Origin: Candidatus Latescibacterota bacterium
Lineage (GTDB): Bacteria; Latescibacterota; UBA2968
DNA length: 64,000 nucleotides
Assembly (NCBI GenBank): GCA_965204375.1
Contig: OZ241986.1
Location: forward strand, 3,392,001-3,456,000
Reading direction: 5' to 3'
Shown: in pieces, positions 9,759 through 19,223 of the stretch
Layout: each line of letters begins with the position of its first letter
How positions within the stretch are numbered: position 1 is the stretch's first letter
Notes under the pieces: model-generated
What the model saw: the letters and a program-made list of their open reading frames with translations, nothing else
Told to the model about the DNA's origin: nothing
Databases searched by the model: none
Program-made: the position numbers and the translations under genes

Positions 9759-10989
9759 AAGTCCTGAAGAACTACTGGCAAAGATACGTCTTGGCGAAGA
9801 TACATCATTGGAATTTAAAACCGTTCGATTTAGAGGCGATCAAGTTTCCGATCCCAGGCGTAATGATCTCGCTGACGAGATAGGGGCTATTGCCAATACT
9901 CATGATGGCGTACTCGTTTTAGGCGTGGATGACAAGACGCGAGATATTATCGGGATACCGATAGATCGTCTCGATATTGTCGAACGTTATGTTTATGAAA
10001 TATGTAATGAGAGCATCAGGCCACCTATTCTTTTTCGTTCTTTTCGCATGCAACTCCCAGATAGCAGCGGCGTTCTTCGGCCCGTGCTCAAGGTGGAGGT
10101 TTCACGCAGTCTGTTCGTTCACAGAAGTCCTGGGGGATATTTCTTTCGGCAAGGAAGTTCACGGCGTGAGATGCCTCCTGAATACCTGGCACGGTTGTTC
10201 CAACAGCGAAGCCAGGCCCGGCTGATTCGATTTGAGGAACAACCGGTTCCTCAATCGAGCATGAGCGATTTGTCAGAGAAACTGTGGATTAACTATACGA
10301 CCCGGTCTAATGAACCTGCCCCCACTGTGCTCCTTAAACGCAATCTTTTGTCAAAGGAAGAAAGCGGAGACATACGGGCTTCGGTTGCTGGCATTTTGCT
10401 CTGTTGCGAGACGCCAGAAAGCTTTTTGCCCAATGCCTATATTGAAGCCGTGCGCTATCGTGGAAAAAATCAGGATTCTAATTACCAAATAGACGCGCAA
10501 CAGATTTGCGGTCCGCTGAATCAACAGATTGAGCAAGCAATGACCTTTCTTCGGAGAAACCAGACTGTCTCGGCCGTAAAAACGCCGCATAGAGTCGAAA
10601 TGAAACAATTCAGCGAAAGAGCGATTTTCGAAGCGATTGTCAATGCTGTGGCACATCGTGATTATGCCATATTTGGCTCGAAAATTCGGTTTTTCATGTT
10701 TGATGATCGACTGGAAATCTACTCACCAGGCAGCCTTCCGAACACCGTTACTATTGATAATATAGCTCTGCGCCAAGCGACTCGAAACGAATTGATTACA
10801 AGTCTGCTTGCAGAGACACCTGTGGCAGAAACGGTCGGCGATGTGGGACGCGGTTTTTACATGGAAAGACGAGGCGATGGTGTTCCAATCATTTTTAGCG
10901 AGAGCGAGAAACTTTCTGGTAAGAAGCCAATTTACCAACTTATTGATGAATCCGAACTTTTACTGACCATTTATTCCGCAAATCTGTAA
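9751..10989 (+). CDS. Schlafen/AlbA_2 domain + HATPase_c_4 protein
   Basis: GTG start overlaps the upstream stop; 'GEDTSLEFK', 'AIANTHDGVLVLGVDD', 'EAIVNAVAHRDY', 'DRLEIYSPGSLP', 'MERRGDGV'. Confidence 0.88.
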   Translation: MFESPEELLAKIRLGEDTSLEFKTVRFRGDQVSDPRRNDLADEIGAIANTHDGVLVLGVDDKTRDIIGIPIDRLDIVERYVYEICNESIRPPILFRSFRMQLPDSSGVLRPVLKVEVSRSLFVHRSPGGYFFRQGSSRREMPPEYLARLFQQRSQARLIRFEEQPVPQSSMSDLSEKLWINYTTRSNEPAPTVLLKRNLLSKEESGDIRASVAGILLCCETPESFLPNAYIEAVRYRGKNQDSNYQIDAQQICGPLNQQIEQAMTFLRRNQTVSAVKTPHRVEMKQFSERAIFEAIVNAVAHRDYAIFGSKIRFFMFDDRLEIYSPGSLPNTVTIDNIALRQATRNELITSLLAETPVAETVGDVGRGFYMERRGDGVPIIFSESEKLSGKKPIYQLIDESELLLTIYSANL

Positions 10990-11047
10990 TGTGTAAGCTG
11001 GCCGATGATAGCTGATAATAAGCTTTCAGTTTTAATAAGGAGGTCTC

Positions 11048-12313
11048 GTGGCAACCGAATTTAAACTTCCCGATCTCGGCGAAGGTGTAGAAGCCGGCGA
11101 TGTTGTCAGCGTACTCGTTGCCGAAGGCGACACCGTTGAAATCGATCAGAGCGTAGTCGAGCTCGAAACCGACAAAGCCCTCGTTGAAGTACCCAGCAGT
11201 GTTGCTGGCACCATCACAAAAATACACATCAGTGCCGGAGACCGCGTGCCCGTGGGTAGCTTATTGATCTCCGTTGAAGAAGGCGAACAACAGGTCACAG
11301 CAGACCCTGAGCCGAAAGCCGAAGCACCGGCTCCTGCACCAAAAGAAGAACCCGAACCCACCACCAGAGAGCCTGAACCAACACCTCCCGCAGCCAGACC
11401 ACCTGCACCTACATCCAACGGCGATCCCATTCCAGCAGCCCCATCCACGCGGCGGCTCGCGCGAGAACTCGGCGTAGATCTCACCCAGGTCGCTGGTTCA
11501 GGCCCCGGAGGACGCATCTCACAAGACGATGTCAAAGCCGCTGTGCGCGACCGACAAACGGGAAGTTCTGTGTCTGTCGCACCCGTCGAATTGCCCGACT
11601 TCTCGAGATGGGGCAACATCGAACGCCAACCCCTCAGCAAAGTTCGGCAGATTATCGCAAAAAATATGAGCCAGGCCTGGCAACAGGTGGCTCATGTCAC
11701 GCAATTTGACCGCGCAGACGTCACAGACCTCGAAGCATTTCGGCAGCGCAACAAAGAAAAAACCGAAGCAATGGGAGCCAAACTGACGCCAACTGTCCTC
11801 GCGCTAAAAGCAATCATCACCGCGCTCAAGACCTTTCCGCAATTCAACGCCAGCCTCGATGCCGGAGCCAATGAGATCATACTCAAACACTACTACAACC
11901 TCGGCATTGCCGTTGACACCGAGCGCGGCTTACTCGTTCCCGTCATCAAAGACGTCGATCGCAAAGACATCCTGGAACTGGCTCTCGAACTCGGCGACAT
12001 CAGCAACCGCGCGCGCACCGGCAAAATTGGCCTCGACGAATTGCAAGGCGGCACATTCACCGTCACCAATCTGGGCAGCCTGGGCGTGGGCGAATTTACC
12101 CCCATCGTCAATCACCCCGAAGTTGCAATATTGGGACTTGGACGCGCGAGAGAAGAAGCCACTGTGCGCGAAGGCCGCATTGAACCCCGCCTTATCATGC
12201 CTTTGGCACTCTCTTATGATCACCGCGTTATTGACGGCGCCGACGGTGCGCGATTCATGCGAAAAATCGTCGATGCACTCGAAAACCCAGAACTCATGCT
12301 CATGGGCGGATAA
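11048..12313 (+). CDS. aceF: Dihydrolipoamide acetyltransferase (E2)
   Basis: Single lipoyl domain ETDKA; E3-binding GSGPGGRI; catalytic DHRVIDG. Confidence 0.95.
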   Translation: MATEFKLPDLGEGVEAGDVVSVLVAEGDTVEIDQSVVELETDKALVEVPSSVAGTITKIHISAGDRVPVGSLLISVEEGEQQVTADPEPKAEAPAPAPKEEPEPTTREPEPTPPAARPPAPTSNGDPIPAAPSTRRLARELGVDLTQVAGSGPGGRISQDDVKAAVRDRQTGSSVSVAPVELPDFSRWGNIERQPLSKVRQIIAKNMSQAWQQVAHVTQFDRADVTDLEAFRQRNKEKTEAMGAKLTPTVLALKAIITALKTFPQFNASLDAGANEIILKHYYNLGIAVDTERGLLVPVIKDVDRKDILELALELGDISNRARTGKIGLDELQGGTFTVTNLGSLGVGEFTPIVNHPEVAILGLGRAREEATVREGRIEPRLIMPLALSYDHRVIDGADGARFMRKIVDALENPELMLMGG

Positions 12314-12327
12314 ACTGGAGAAATCAC

Positions 12328-13740
12328 ATGGCCGAAACGCACAAAACCGATCTCCTCGTAATCGGCGGCGGTCCCGGCGGATATACAGCGGCCTTTCGCG
12401 CTGCTGACCTGGGTCTGCATGTCACCCTCGTCAACGCCGACGACAACCTCGGTGGCACCTGTTTATTGCGCGGATGCATTCCATCCAAAGCCCTGCTCCA
12501 CGTTGCAGAACTCATCACCGAAGCCAGTGAAGCCAGAACTTATGGCCTCACCTTTGGCGATCCCAAAATCGATCTGGACGCCCTGCGAGGCTGGAAAGAC
12601 AACATCATCAACCGCCTCTCGACCGGTCTGTCTGGCCTGGTGCGCCAGCGCAAAGTCACACACCTGACGGGCTACGCGCAATTTGAGAATTCGCAAAGCG
12701 CGTCTATCTCAGGCGATGGGGATATAGACCGCGTCGAATTTGAACACGCCATCATCGCCACGGGATCACGCCCTGTCGTCCTCCCAATTTTCGCGCTCGA
12801 CACACCGCGCATTTTGGACTCGACAACAGCGCTCGACCTCGACGAAATACCCAAAAGCCTTCTCGTCGTTGGCGGAGGCATCATCGGCCTCGAACTCGGC
12901 AGTGTTTACGCTGCATTGGGAAGTGCCGTCACAGTCGTCGAAATGACCGACACCCTCTTGCCCGGCACCGACCCCGATCTAATCAAACCCCTCGAAACCC
13001 GATTGCGTCAGGCATTCAGCGCCATACACACCAGCACGCGCGTCACGCATATCGAAGAAGTCAATACCGGTATTGAAGTACACTGGGAAGGCGAAGAATC
13101 AAAAACATCCGAAATATTCGACCGCGTCCTCCTCTGCATTGGCCGACGTCCGAATACAGATAATATCGGCCTTGAAAACACGGACATTGAACCCGATGAC
13201 CACGGATTCATCAAAGTCGATTCGCAGATGCGTACAAACGATCCCCGCCTCTTTGCAATCGGCGATGCCGTTCCGGGTCCCGGCCTTGCTCACAAAGCCG
13301 CGCACGAAGGCAAAATCGCCGCCGAAGTTCTCGCCGGTGAATCCGCGGCATTTGACGCACTCATTCCCTCTGTCGTGTACACCGACCCCGAAATTGCATG
13401 GGTGGGCCTGACCGAAACCGACGCTCTCAAACAAGACCGAAAAGTCGATATCGTGCGCTTCCCCTGGGCCGCCCTGGGCAAAGCGCATGCCATTGGGCGC
13501 ATCGAAGGCCAGACCAAGCTCATCGTCGATTCCTATACCCAACGCGTACTCGGCATGGGCATTGTGGGACCAAATGCGGGCGACCTCATCGCCGAAGGCG
13601 CGCTCGCCATTGAAATGGCTGCCGTCGCCGAAGACATTGCCCACACCATTCATCCCCACCCCTCGCTTGCCGAAACCATCGGCATTGCCTCAGAAATCCA
13701 CCTCGGCTCTGCGACTGATGTGTACATGCCTAAAAAATAG
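12328..13740 (+). CDS. lpdA: Dihydrolipoamide dehydrogenase (E3)
   Basis: GGGPGGY, GGTCLLRGCIPSK, HPHPSLAE. Confidence 0.97.
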   Translation: MAETHKTDLLVIGGGPGGYTAAFRAADLGLHVTLVNADDNLGGTCLLRGCIPSKALLHVAELITEASEARTYGLTFGDPKIDLDALRGWKDNIINRLSTGLSGLVRQRKVTHLTGYAQFENSQSASISGDGDIDRVEFEHAIIATGSRPVVLPIFALDTPRILDSTTALDLDEIPKSLLVVGGGIIGLELGSVYAALGSAVTVVEMTDTLLPGTDPDLIKPLETRLRQAFSAIHTSTRVTHIEEVNTGIEVHWEGEESKTSEIFDRVLLCIGRRPNTDNIGLENTDIEPDDHGFIKVDSQMRTNDPRLFAIGDAVPGPGLAHKAAHEGKIAAEVLAGESAAFDALIPSVVYTDPEIAWVGLTETDALKQDRKVDIVRFPWAALGKAHAIGRIEGQTKLIVDSYTQRVLGMGIVGPNAGDLIAEGALAIEMAAVAEDIAHTIHPHPSLAETIGIASEIHLGSATDVYMPKK

Positions 13741-13750
13741 CTAATCGCCC

Positions 13751-15154
13751 TTACAAATCCCCATACTGCGTCTGCAACCGTCGCAACTCGGCCTTTAACT
13801 CCACCACCAGATCTGCATACGCCACATCTTCGTACACATTTCGCAACTCATTGGGATCCTCTTGCAAATCGAACAACTCCCAGTAATCGCCCTCGGCATA
13901 ATATTCAATCAGCTTGTAGCGATCTGTACGCACGCCGCGATGCGGGCCAATGCGGTGCGGTGTAAAATACTGAAATGACGGTTCTGACATCGCCTCTGCC
14001 CCCTTGCCGTGCAACACCCATGAATCCTCAAAATAGGCGTAATAAACAGACGTACGCCAATCGTCCGGTTCTGTCCCCTGGAGCAACGGCCGCAAACTCT
14101 CGCCCTGCACGCCTTCGGGAATTTCGACACCTGCAAAATCCAGAATCGTCGGCGCAAAATCCACATTCATCACCAGCGCATCGGTCACATTCCCGCTTAT
14201 ACCCCCATTCGGATAACGCACCACCAGCGGAATGCGAATCGAAGGCTCGTACATAAACCGCTTATCGTACCATCCGTAATCGCCCAAAAAATACCCGTGA
14301 TCCGACGTATAAATCACCAGCGTATCGTCAGCCAGATCCGTCTCATCCAGATAATCCAGCACCCGCCCCAGATTCTCATCCACACCGTAAATCGTGCGAT
14401 ATCGATCCTTCATAAAACGCTGATAAATCCAATCCTTCTTTTCCCCTTCACTCAAGCCCTCGGGTATATCGTCATAATCGGGCGCCAGACTAATATCAAA
14501 CTTCATATCCTCAGCCAGAGCCGCAATTTTTCGCGTCGCAAAATCATCGCGATATGTCTCCGGCTGGGGAATCTCAACATCCTCAAAAAGATGCGCGTGC
14601 CGTGGTGCTGGCGTAAATGGCCGATGCGGCGCCTTAAACTGATACACCAGACAAAAAGGCTGTTCCCCATCCAACCCCTTCAAAAATTCAAGCGCCATAT
14701 CCGTCGTTATATCCGTAGCATACCCCTCCTTCTGCACCTCCTTTCCATTGTCGATATACGTCGGATCAAAATACACGCCCTGCCCGGGATGAATACACCA
14801 CGTATCAAACCCGCGAGGATCCTGCCGGATGTGATACTTGCCAAACAACGCGGTCTTATACCCCTCGGCTTGAAGCAATTCGGGAAACGTCGGCACATTT
14901 GGATCCAGATTCTCAATCGCATCGGCCCTCTCAGAATTTCCCCGAATACCGTGAACATGTGAAAAACATCCCGTCAGCACCGTACCCCGCGCAGGCGCGC
15001 ACAGTGCGTTGGTCGAAAAACAATTATTAAACCGCGTACCCTCATTTCCAATGCGATCCAGATTGGGCGTATGCAAAATCGGATTGCCATAACTGCTCAT
15101 CTCGCGCGGCGTGTGGTCATCGGTCATCACAAACAAAATATTCGGTCGCTTCAT
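13751..15154 (-). CDS. Sulfatase (Cys-type)
   Basis: 'RPNILFVMTDD', CAPAR (CxPxR), GKYH, SDHG, 'DKRFMYE'; start placed at MKRPN. Confidence 0.93.
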   Translation of the reverse strand: MKRPNILFVMTDDHTPREMSSYGNPILHTPNLDRIGNEGTRFNNCFSTNALCAPARGTVLTGCFSHVHGIRGNSERADAIENLDPNVPTFPELLQAEGYKTALFGKYHIRQDPRGFDTWCIHPGQGVYFDPTYIDNGKEVQKEGYATDITTDMALEFLKGLDGEQPFCLVYQFKAPHRPFTPAPRHAHLFEDVEIPQPETYRDDFATRKIAALAEDMKFDISLAPDYDDIPEGLSEGEKKDWIYQRFMKDRYRTIYGVDENLGRVLDYLDETDLADDTLVIYTSDHGYFLGDYGWYDKRFMYEPSIRIPLVVRYPNGGISGNVTDALVMNVDFAPTILDFAGVEIPEGVQGESLRPLLQGTEPDDWRTSVYYAYFEDSWVLHGKGAEAMSEPSFQYFTPHRIGPHRGVRTDRYKLIEYYAEGDYWELFDLQEDPNELRNVYEDVAYADLVVELKAELRRLQTQYGDL

Positions 15155-15164
15155 TTCTTCTCCT

Positions 15165-15677
15165 TCACAGATTATCAACAAAAAGCTTCAACGCTCGATA
15201 ATACCGCAATTTCTCAACCCTCGGCATAGGCAGCGCACCGCTCGTTGACGGTGCGAGAAACAGCTTCGCGCCTTCCAGCATCTCATCTTGCAAACCGTAA
15301 TCTCGCCTCTCGCCCATCACTTTGGCATATCCGCTCTTCCCATTAAAACAAATCACCCGGGGTCGATACAACTGCATTTTTTCTCGCAACAGTTCAAAAC
15401 CCGACACATAATCGCCATCCGTCAGATCTCCAATCCCCCGCGTCGCGCGCCCCTTCACAATATCTGTCAGCCCGATATTATAATTCAAAATAGTCGCATC
15501 TTCTCGCGGCTCCAACAATCGATCTGTCAGCCCGGCCTCGTACAAAAACGGCCAAAACTGATTGCCACGCCCCGCGTAATAATGCCCTATTTCCGCAGAC
15601 CTCAAGCTCGGATTAAACCCCACAAACACCAGATTCAGTCCCACGCGCAAATAATCTGGCACCACATAGTCAGCCAT
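15165..15677 (-). CDS. mug: G/U mismatch-specific DNA glycosylase
   Basis: 'FVGFNPS', 'GHYYAGRGNQFW', 'PSTSG'. Confidence 0.9.
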   Translation of the reverse strand: MADYVVPDYLRVGLNLVFVGFNPSLRSAEIGHYYAGRGNQFWPFLYEAGLTDRLLEPREDATILNYNIGLTDIVKGRATRGIGDLTDGDYVSGFELLREKMQLYRPRVICFNGKSGYAKVMGERRDYGLQDEMLEGAKLFLAPSTSGALPMPRVEKLRYYRALKLFVDNL

Positions 15678-15775
15678 ATTCCACACCCTTGTTGACACAT
15701 CTCCCACAATTCGGTTAAATTACAACCCCGGAAAAATAAGACAAACCCAAAGTCTCATCTACGAAAGGAATCCTC

Positions 15776-17482
15776 ATGGCAAAATTAAATAAGTACAGCT
15801 CTCAAATCACCCAAAAAAAATCCCAGGGTGGATCTCAGGCCATGCTCTATGCCACCGGACTGACGCGTGCCGACATGGACAAAGCACAGGTTGGCATTGC
15901 CTCGGTCTGGTACGAAGGCAACCCGTGCAACATGCACCTCAACGACCTCGCCGCCGAAACAAAAAAAGGCGTCACCGAAGCCGGATGCGTAGGCATGCGC
16001 TTCAACACCATTGGCGTATCCGACGGCATATCCATGGGCACAGACGGCATGTCCTTCTCCCTCCAATCCCGCGACCTCATAGCCGACTCCATCGAAACCC
16101 TCATGGGCGCACAGTGGTACGATGGATTAATCGCACTGCCCGGCTGCGACAAAAACATGCCCGGCGTGGTCATGGCAATGGGCCGCCTCAACCGCCCTGC
16201 CCTGATGATCTACGGCGGCACAATAAAGCCCGGTTGCGCCACCATTCAAGGCGAAGAACGCAAACTCGACATCATTTCAGCATTTCAAAGCTACGGCGAA
16301 TTTCTCACAGACTCGCTCAGTGATGCCGAACGCCAGGAAATCGTCGAACACGCCTGCCCAGGTGCCGGTGCCTGCGGCGGCATGTACACCGCCAATACCA
16401 TGGCCAGCGCCATCGAATGCATGGGCCTCTCCCTGCCCTATTCCTCATGTACACCTGCCGAAGACCCCGACAAACACGCCGAATGTATCCACGCTGGTCA
16501 CGCTGTACGCGCCCTGCTCGAAGCCGACCTCAAACCGCGCGACATCGTCACCAAACAATCCTTTCTCAACGCCATCCGCCTCGCCGTTGTCACGGGCGGA
16601 TCCACCAATATCGTACTCCACCTGCTCGCCATTGCCAGAGCTTATGACATAGACCTCGACATCGACGAATTTCAACACATATCCAACGAAACGCCTCTCC
16701 TGTGTGACCTCAAACCCTCTGGTCGTTACGTCATGGAAGAGCTTCACGACATCGGCGGAACACCCGCAATGATGAAACTCCTCCTCGACGCCGACCTCAT
16801 CGATGGCGACCAGATGACCGTAACGGGCAAAACAATAGCCGAAAATCTCGACGATATAAAAACCCTTCTCCCTTATGGCACGGGTGAAGGACAGCAAGAC
16901 ATCGTCAGACCCTTTAATGATCCCCTCAAACCAACGGGGCACTTGCAAATTTTACGAGGGAATTTGGCACCGGAAGGTTCAGTCGGAAAAATCACGGGCA
17001 AAGAAGGCGAGGTATTCAAAGGCACGGCCAATGTCTTCGACTGCGAGGAAGACATGCTCGCCGCCCTCGAACAGGGCAAGATCGAAAAAGGCAATGTCAT
17101 CATCATCCGCTACGAAGGACCCAAAGGCGGACCCGGCATGCCGGAAATGCTCACCCCCACATCCGCACTGGCTGGCGCGGGACTGGTACAGGATGTCGCA
17201 CTAATTACCGATGGGCGCTTTTCGGGCGGATCGCACGGCTTTCTCATCGGCCACGTCGTTCCCGAAGCCATCGAAGGCGGCCCCATCGCCCTCGTCCAAA
17301 CCGGCGACCAGATCACCATCGACAGCCAAAACGGAGAGATCAACATGGACGTCTCTGCCAAAGAACTCGAAAAACGCCGTGCGGCCTGGACCCAACCGCC
17401 GTACAAAGCCAACCGCGGCACCCTTTACAAATACATCAAAAACGTAAAAACAGCTTCTGAGGGGTGTGTCACAGACGAGTAG
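15776..17482 (+). CDS. ilvD: Dihydroxy-acid dehydratase
   Basis: [46 protein letters not shown]. Confidence 0.98.
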   Translation: MAKLNKYSSQITQKKSQGGSQAMLYATGLTRADMDKAQVGIASVWYEGNPCNMHLNDLAAETKKGVTEAGCVGMRFNTIGVSDGISMGTDGMSFSLQSRDLIADSIETLMGAQWYDGLIALPGCDKNMPGVVMAMGRLNRPALMIYGGTIKPGCATIQGEERKLDIISAFQSYGEFLTDSLSDAERQEIVEHACPGAGACGGMYTANTMASAIECMGLSLPYSSCTPAEDPDKHAECIHAGHAVRALLEADLKPRDIVTKQSFLNAIRLAVVTGGSTNIVLHLLAIARAYDIDLDIDEFQHISNETPLLCDLKPSGRYVMEELHDIGGTPAMMKLLLDADLIDGDQMTVTGKTIAENLDDIKTLLPYGTGEGQQDIVRPFNDPLKPTGHLQILRGNLAPEGSVGKITGKEGEVFKGTANVFDCEEDMLAALEQGKIEKGNVIIIRYEGPKGGPGMPEMLTPTSALAGAGLVQDVALITDGRFSGGSHGFLIGHVVPEAIEGGPIALVQTGDQITIDSQNGEINMDVSAKELEKRRAAWTQPPYKANRGTLYKYIKNVKTASEGCVTDE

Positions 17483-17502
17483 GGGCGAAAAATTTTTCGC
17501 CC
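17479..17502 (+). repeat. GTAG-type REP palindrome overlapping the ilvD stop
   Basis: GTAG-GGGCGAAAAATTTTTCGCCC, between convergent genes. Confidence 0.75.
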
Positions 17503-17509
17503 TCCGCGC

Positions 17510-18337
17510 TCACACACTTTCTTCCACGAGTTCTCTGAGAGGCACATCTTGCGCTTGCGGAATATAAAAACTGAGCGGATCGGAGACCACACCCAAGAGT
17601 TGTTTCTGAATGGGATTTGCGCGGGCAACGAGTTCATCGGGCATATTGATATAATCCATAGGCTTGACCCAGCGATACGCATAACCCACAAAAATGGTCT
17701 TGCGCGGAAAACCCGACCAATTTTTGCCAATGCCGTGATACGTGCGCTGTTCAAAAATGAATGCCGAACCCGCCTTGACATTCATATTAATCGCCCCTCT
17801 CGGATGCCCCGTCGCCGGATCAATCGCAGGCCTGCCAAATAGCCGATTGCTTCCGGGCACGAGTTGTGTCGCCCCCGATGCGGGATCGGTCTGGTCGCTG
17901 ATGGCGTACGCAATTTTGAGCAAAATGCGCGGATGGGGTTCGGTCATCTCCCTGGAAGACGAACCGCCATCGCGGTGATACCCACCCTTGCGCTTTACCT
18001 CTTCCGGAGGCTCTGGACCAGACGGCAAAACAATGAGATGCGAGGTAATCATCTGGATATTCCAGTTGAGGATCTGCCACGCCAGAGGAGCCGTGGTCGG
18101 CCAGTCGAGCAACTGAAGAAAAGCATCGTGATGCACAATGCAGTTCCGCAAGTTGAGCTTGCCAGTTTTCTCCAGGCGCCCCTCAGCCTTTTCCCGGTCG
18201 TAAATTTCATCTGCAGCCTCATTAAGCTCGGCGACAACATCGGGCGGCAGCGCGTCTTCGATCATGAGATACCCATTATCCTCAAAAAACTGCCGCTGTT
18301 CATCTGTGAGAACAGCCCAATCGGATTGAACGGTCAT
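17510..18337 (-). CDS. Phytanoyl-CoA dioxygenase (PhyH) family 2OG-Fe(II) oxygenase
   Basis: 'FFEDNGYL', HRD, 'LVPGSN', distal His. Confidence 0.9.
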   Translation of the reverse strand: MTVQSDWAVLTDEQRQFFEDNGYLMIEDALPPDVVAELNEAADEIYDREKAEGRLEKTGKLNLRNCIVHHDAFLQLLDWPTTAPLAWQILNWNIQMITSHLIVLPSGPEPPEEVKRKGGYHRDGGSSSREMTEPHPRILLKIAYAISDQTDPASGATQLVPGSNRLFGRPAIDPATGHPRGAINMNVKAGSAFIFEQRTYHGIGKNWSGFPRKTIFVGYAYRWVKPMDYINMPDELVARANPIQKQLLGVVSDPLSFYIPQAQDVPLRELVEESV

Positions 18338-18392
18338 AGTGGTCGTCTCCTTAAAAATTACAGGTCAAAAATCAGCGTCGTAAGATCAAACT

Positions 18393-18421
18393 GCGAATAG
18401 ACGAATCAACGAATCAACGAA
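18393..18421 (+). repeat. 8-bp period tandem repeat (CGAATCAA-like)
   Basis: gcgaatagacgaatcaacgaatcaacgaa. Confidence 0.6.
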
Positions 18422-18507
18422 CCCCACCCAACCGCCCAACGTTGTTACAAATTCCGTCGTCAATTCATAAATTTACGACCAGAAAACACGCGAGGCAAGC
18501 CATATTG

Positions 18508-19146
18508 CTATCTATGGTGTATCATACTGCGTATGCCATTTGCCACAACATCGACAGCTACTTGCACATCCCCTTCAAAAGGCACAATCAAATCCGCGTA
18601 ATCTCTCGTCGGCTCAGTATAGACGCGATAATTAGGTATGACATCCCGGCGATACCATGCTACCGCATCTTTCAGTGACATCCCACTCCCTGTATTCCGC
18701 AACATACGCCTGAGCACCCGCTCGTGTGTATCCACATCCAAAAACAGCTTGATATCCAGCAAAGACCGCAGAGCCTCTTGCGAAAAAATCAAATGTCCCT
18801 CCACAATAACCAGCTTCTCAGGCTCAACCTTTTGAGGATCATTCCCCCGCCGAAAAGCGCGCGTACCGGGCGGTGGTATTTCAATCGCCTGCCCCTCGCG
18901 CAGACATTTCACATCCGCGATCAAATGCTCCCACAGCACAGCCCGCGGATGATTCGCCGTCCGCTTAATCTCGCGCTCGTCTTCTGGCAGTGCTGACCAA
19001 TCGCGGAAATAGCTGTCCTGATTGAGCACGACAGGTCCAAAATCTGCGAGCCTATCAGATAGTATATCCGTAAAAGTCGTCTTGCCCGCGGCAGACCCTC
19101 CCGAAATACCGATTATGATGGGTTTAACCCCGTTTTTCTCATTCAT
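18508..19146 (-). CDS. udk: Uridine kinase family protein
   Basis: Walker A GGSAAGKTT, QDSY, 'NHPRA', VEG, 'EPTRDYADLIV'. Confidence 0.8.
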   Translation of the reverse strand: MNEKNGVKPIIIGISGGSAAGKTTFTDILSDRLADFGPVVLNQDSYFRDWSALPEDEREIKRTANHPRAVLWEHLIADVKCLREGQAIEIPPPGTRAFRRGNDPQKVEPEKLVIVEGHLIFSQEALRSLLDIKLFLDVDTHERVLRRMLRNTGSGMSLKDAVAWYRRDVIPNYRVYTEPTRDYADLIVPFEGDVQVAVDVVANGIRSMIHHR

Positions 19147-19158
19147 TCCATAGCCCTA

Positions 19159-19187
19159 TTGCAAAAAATAGACACATAGCGTATTAT
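19159..19187 (+). promoter_or_regulatory. Putative sigma70 promoter of hsdR
   Basis: TTGCAA-17 nt-TATTAT. Confidence 0.45.
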
Positions 19188-19223
19188 AATTTTACAAAAC
19201 ACATCTGACAAGGAAATCCAATA

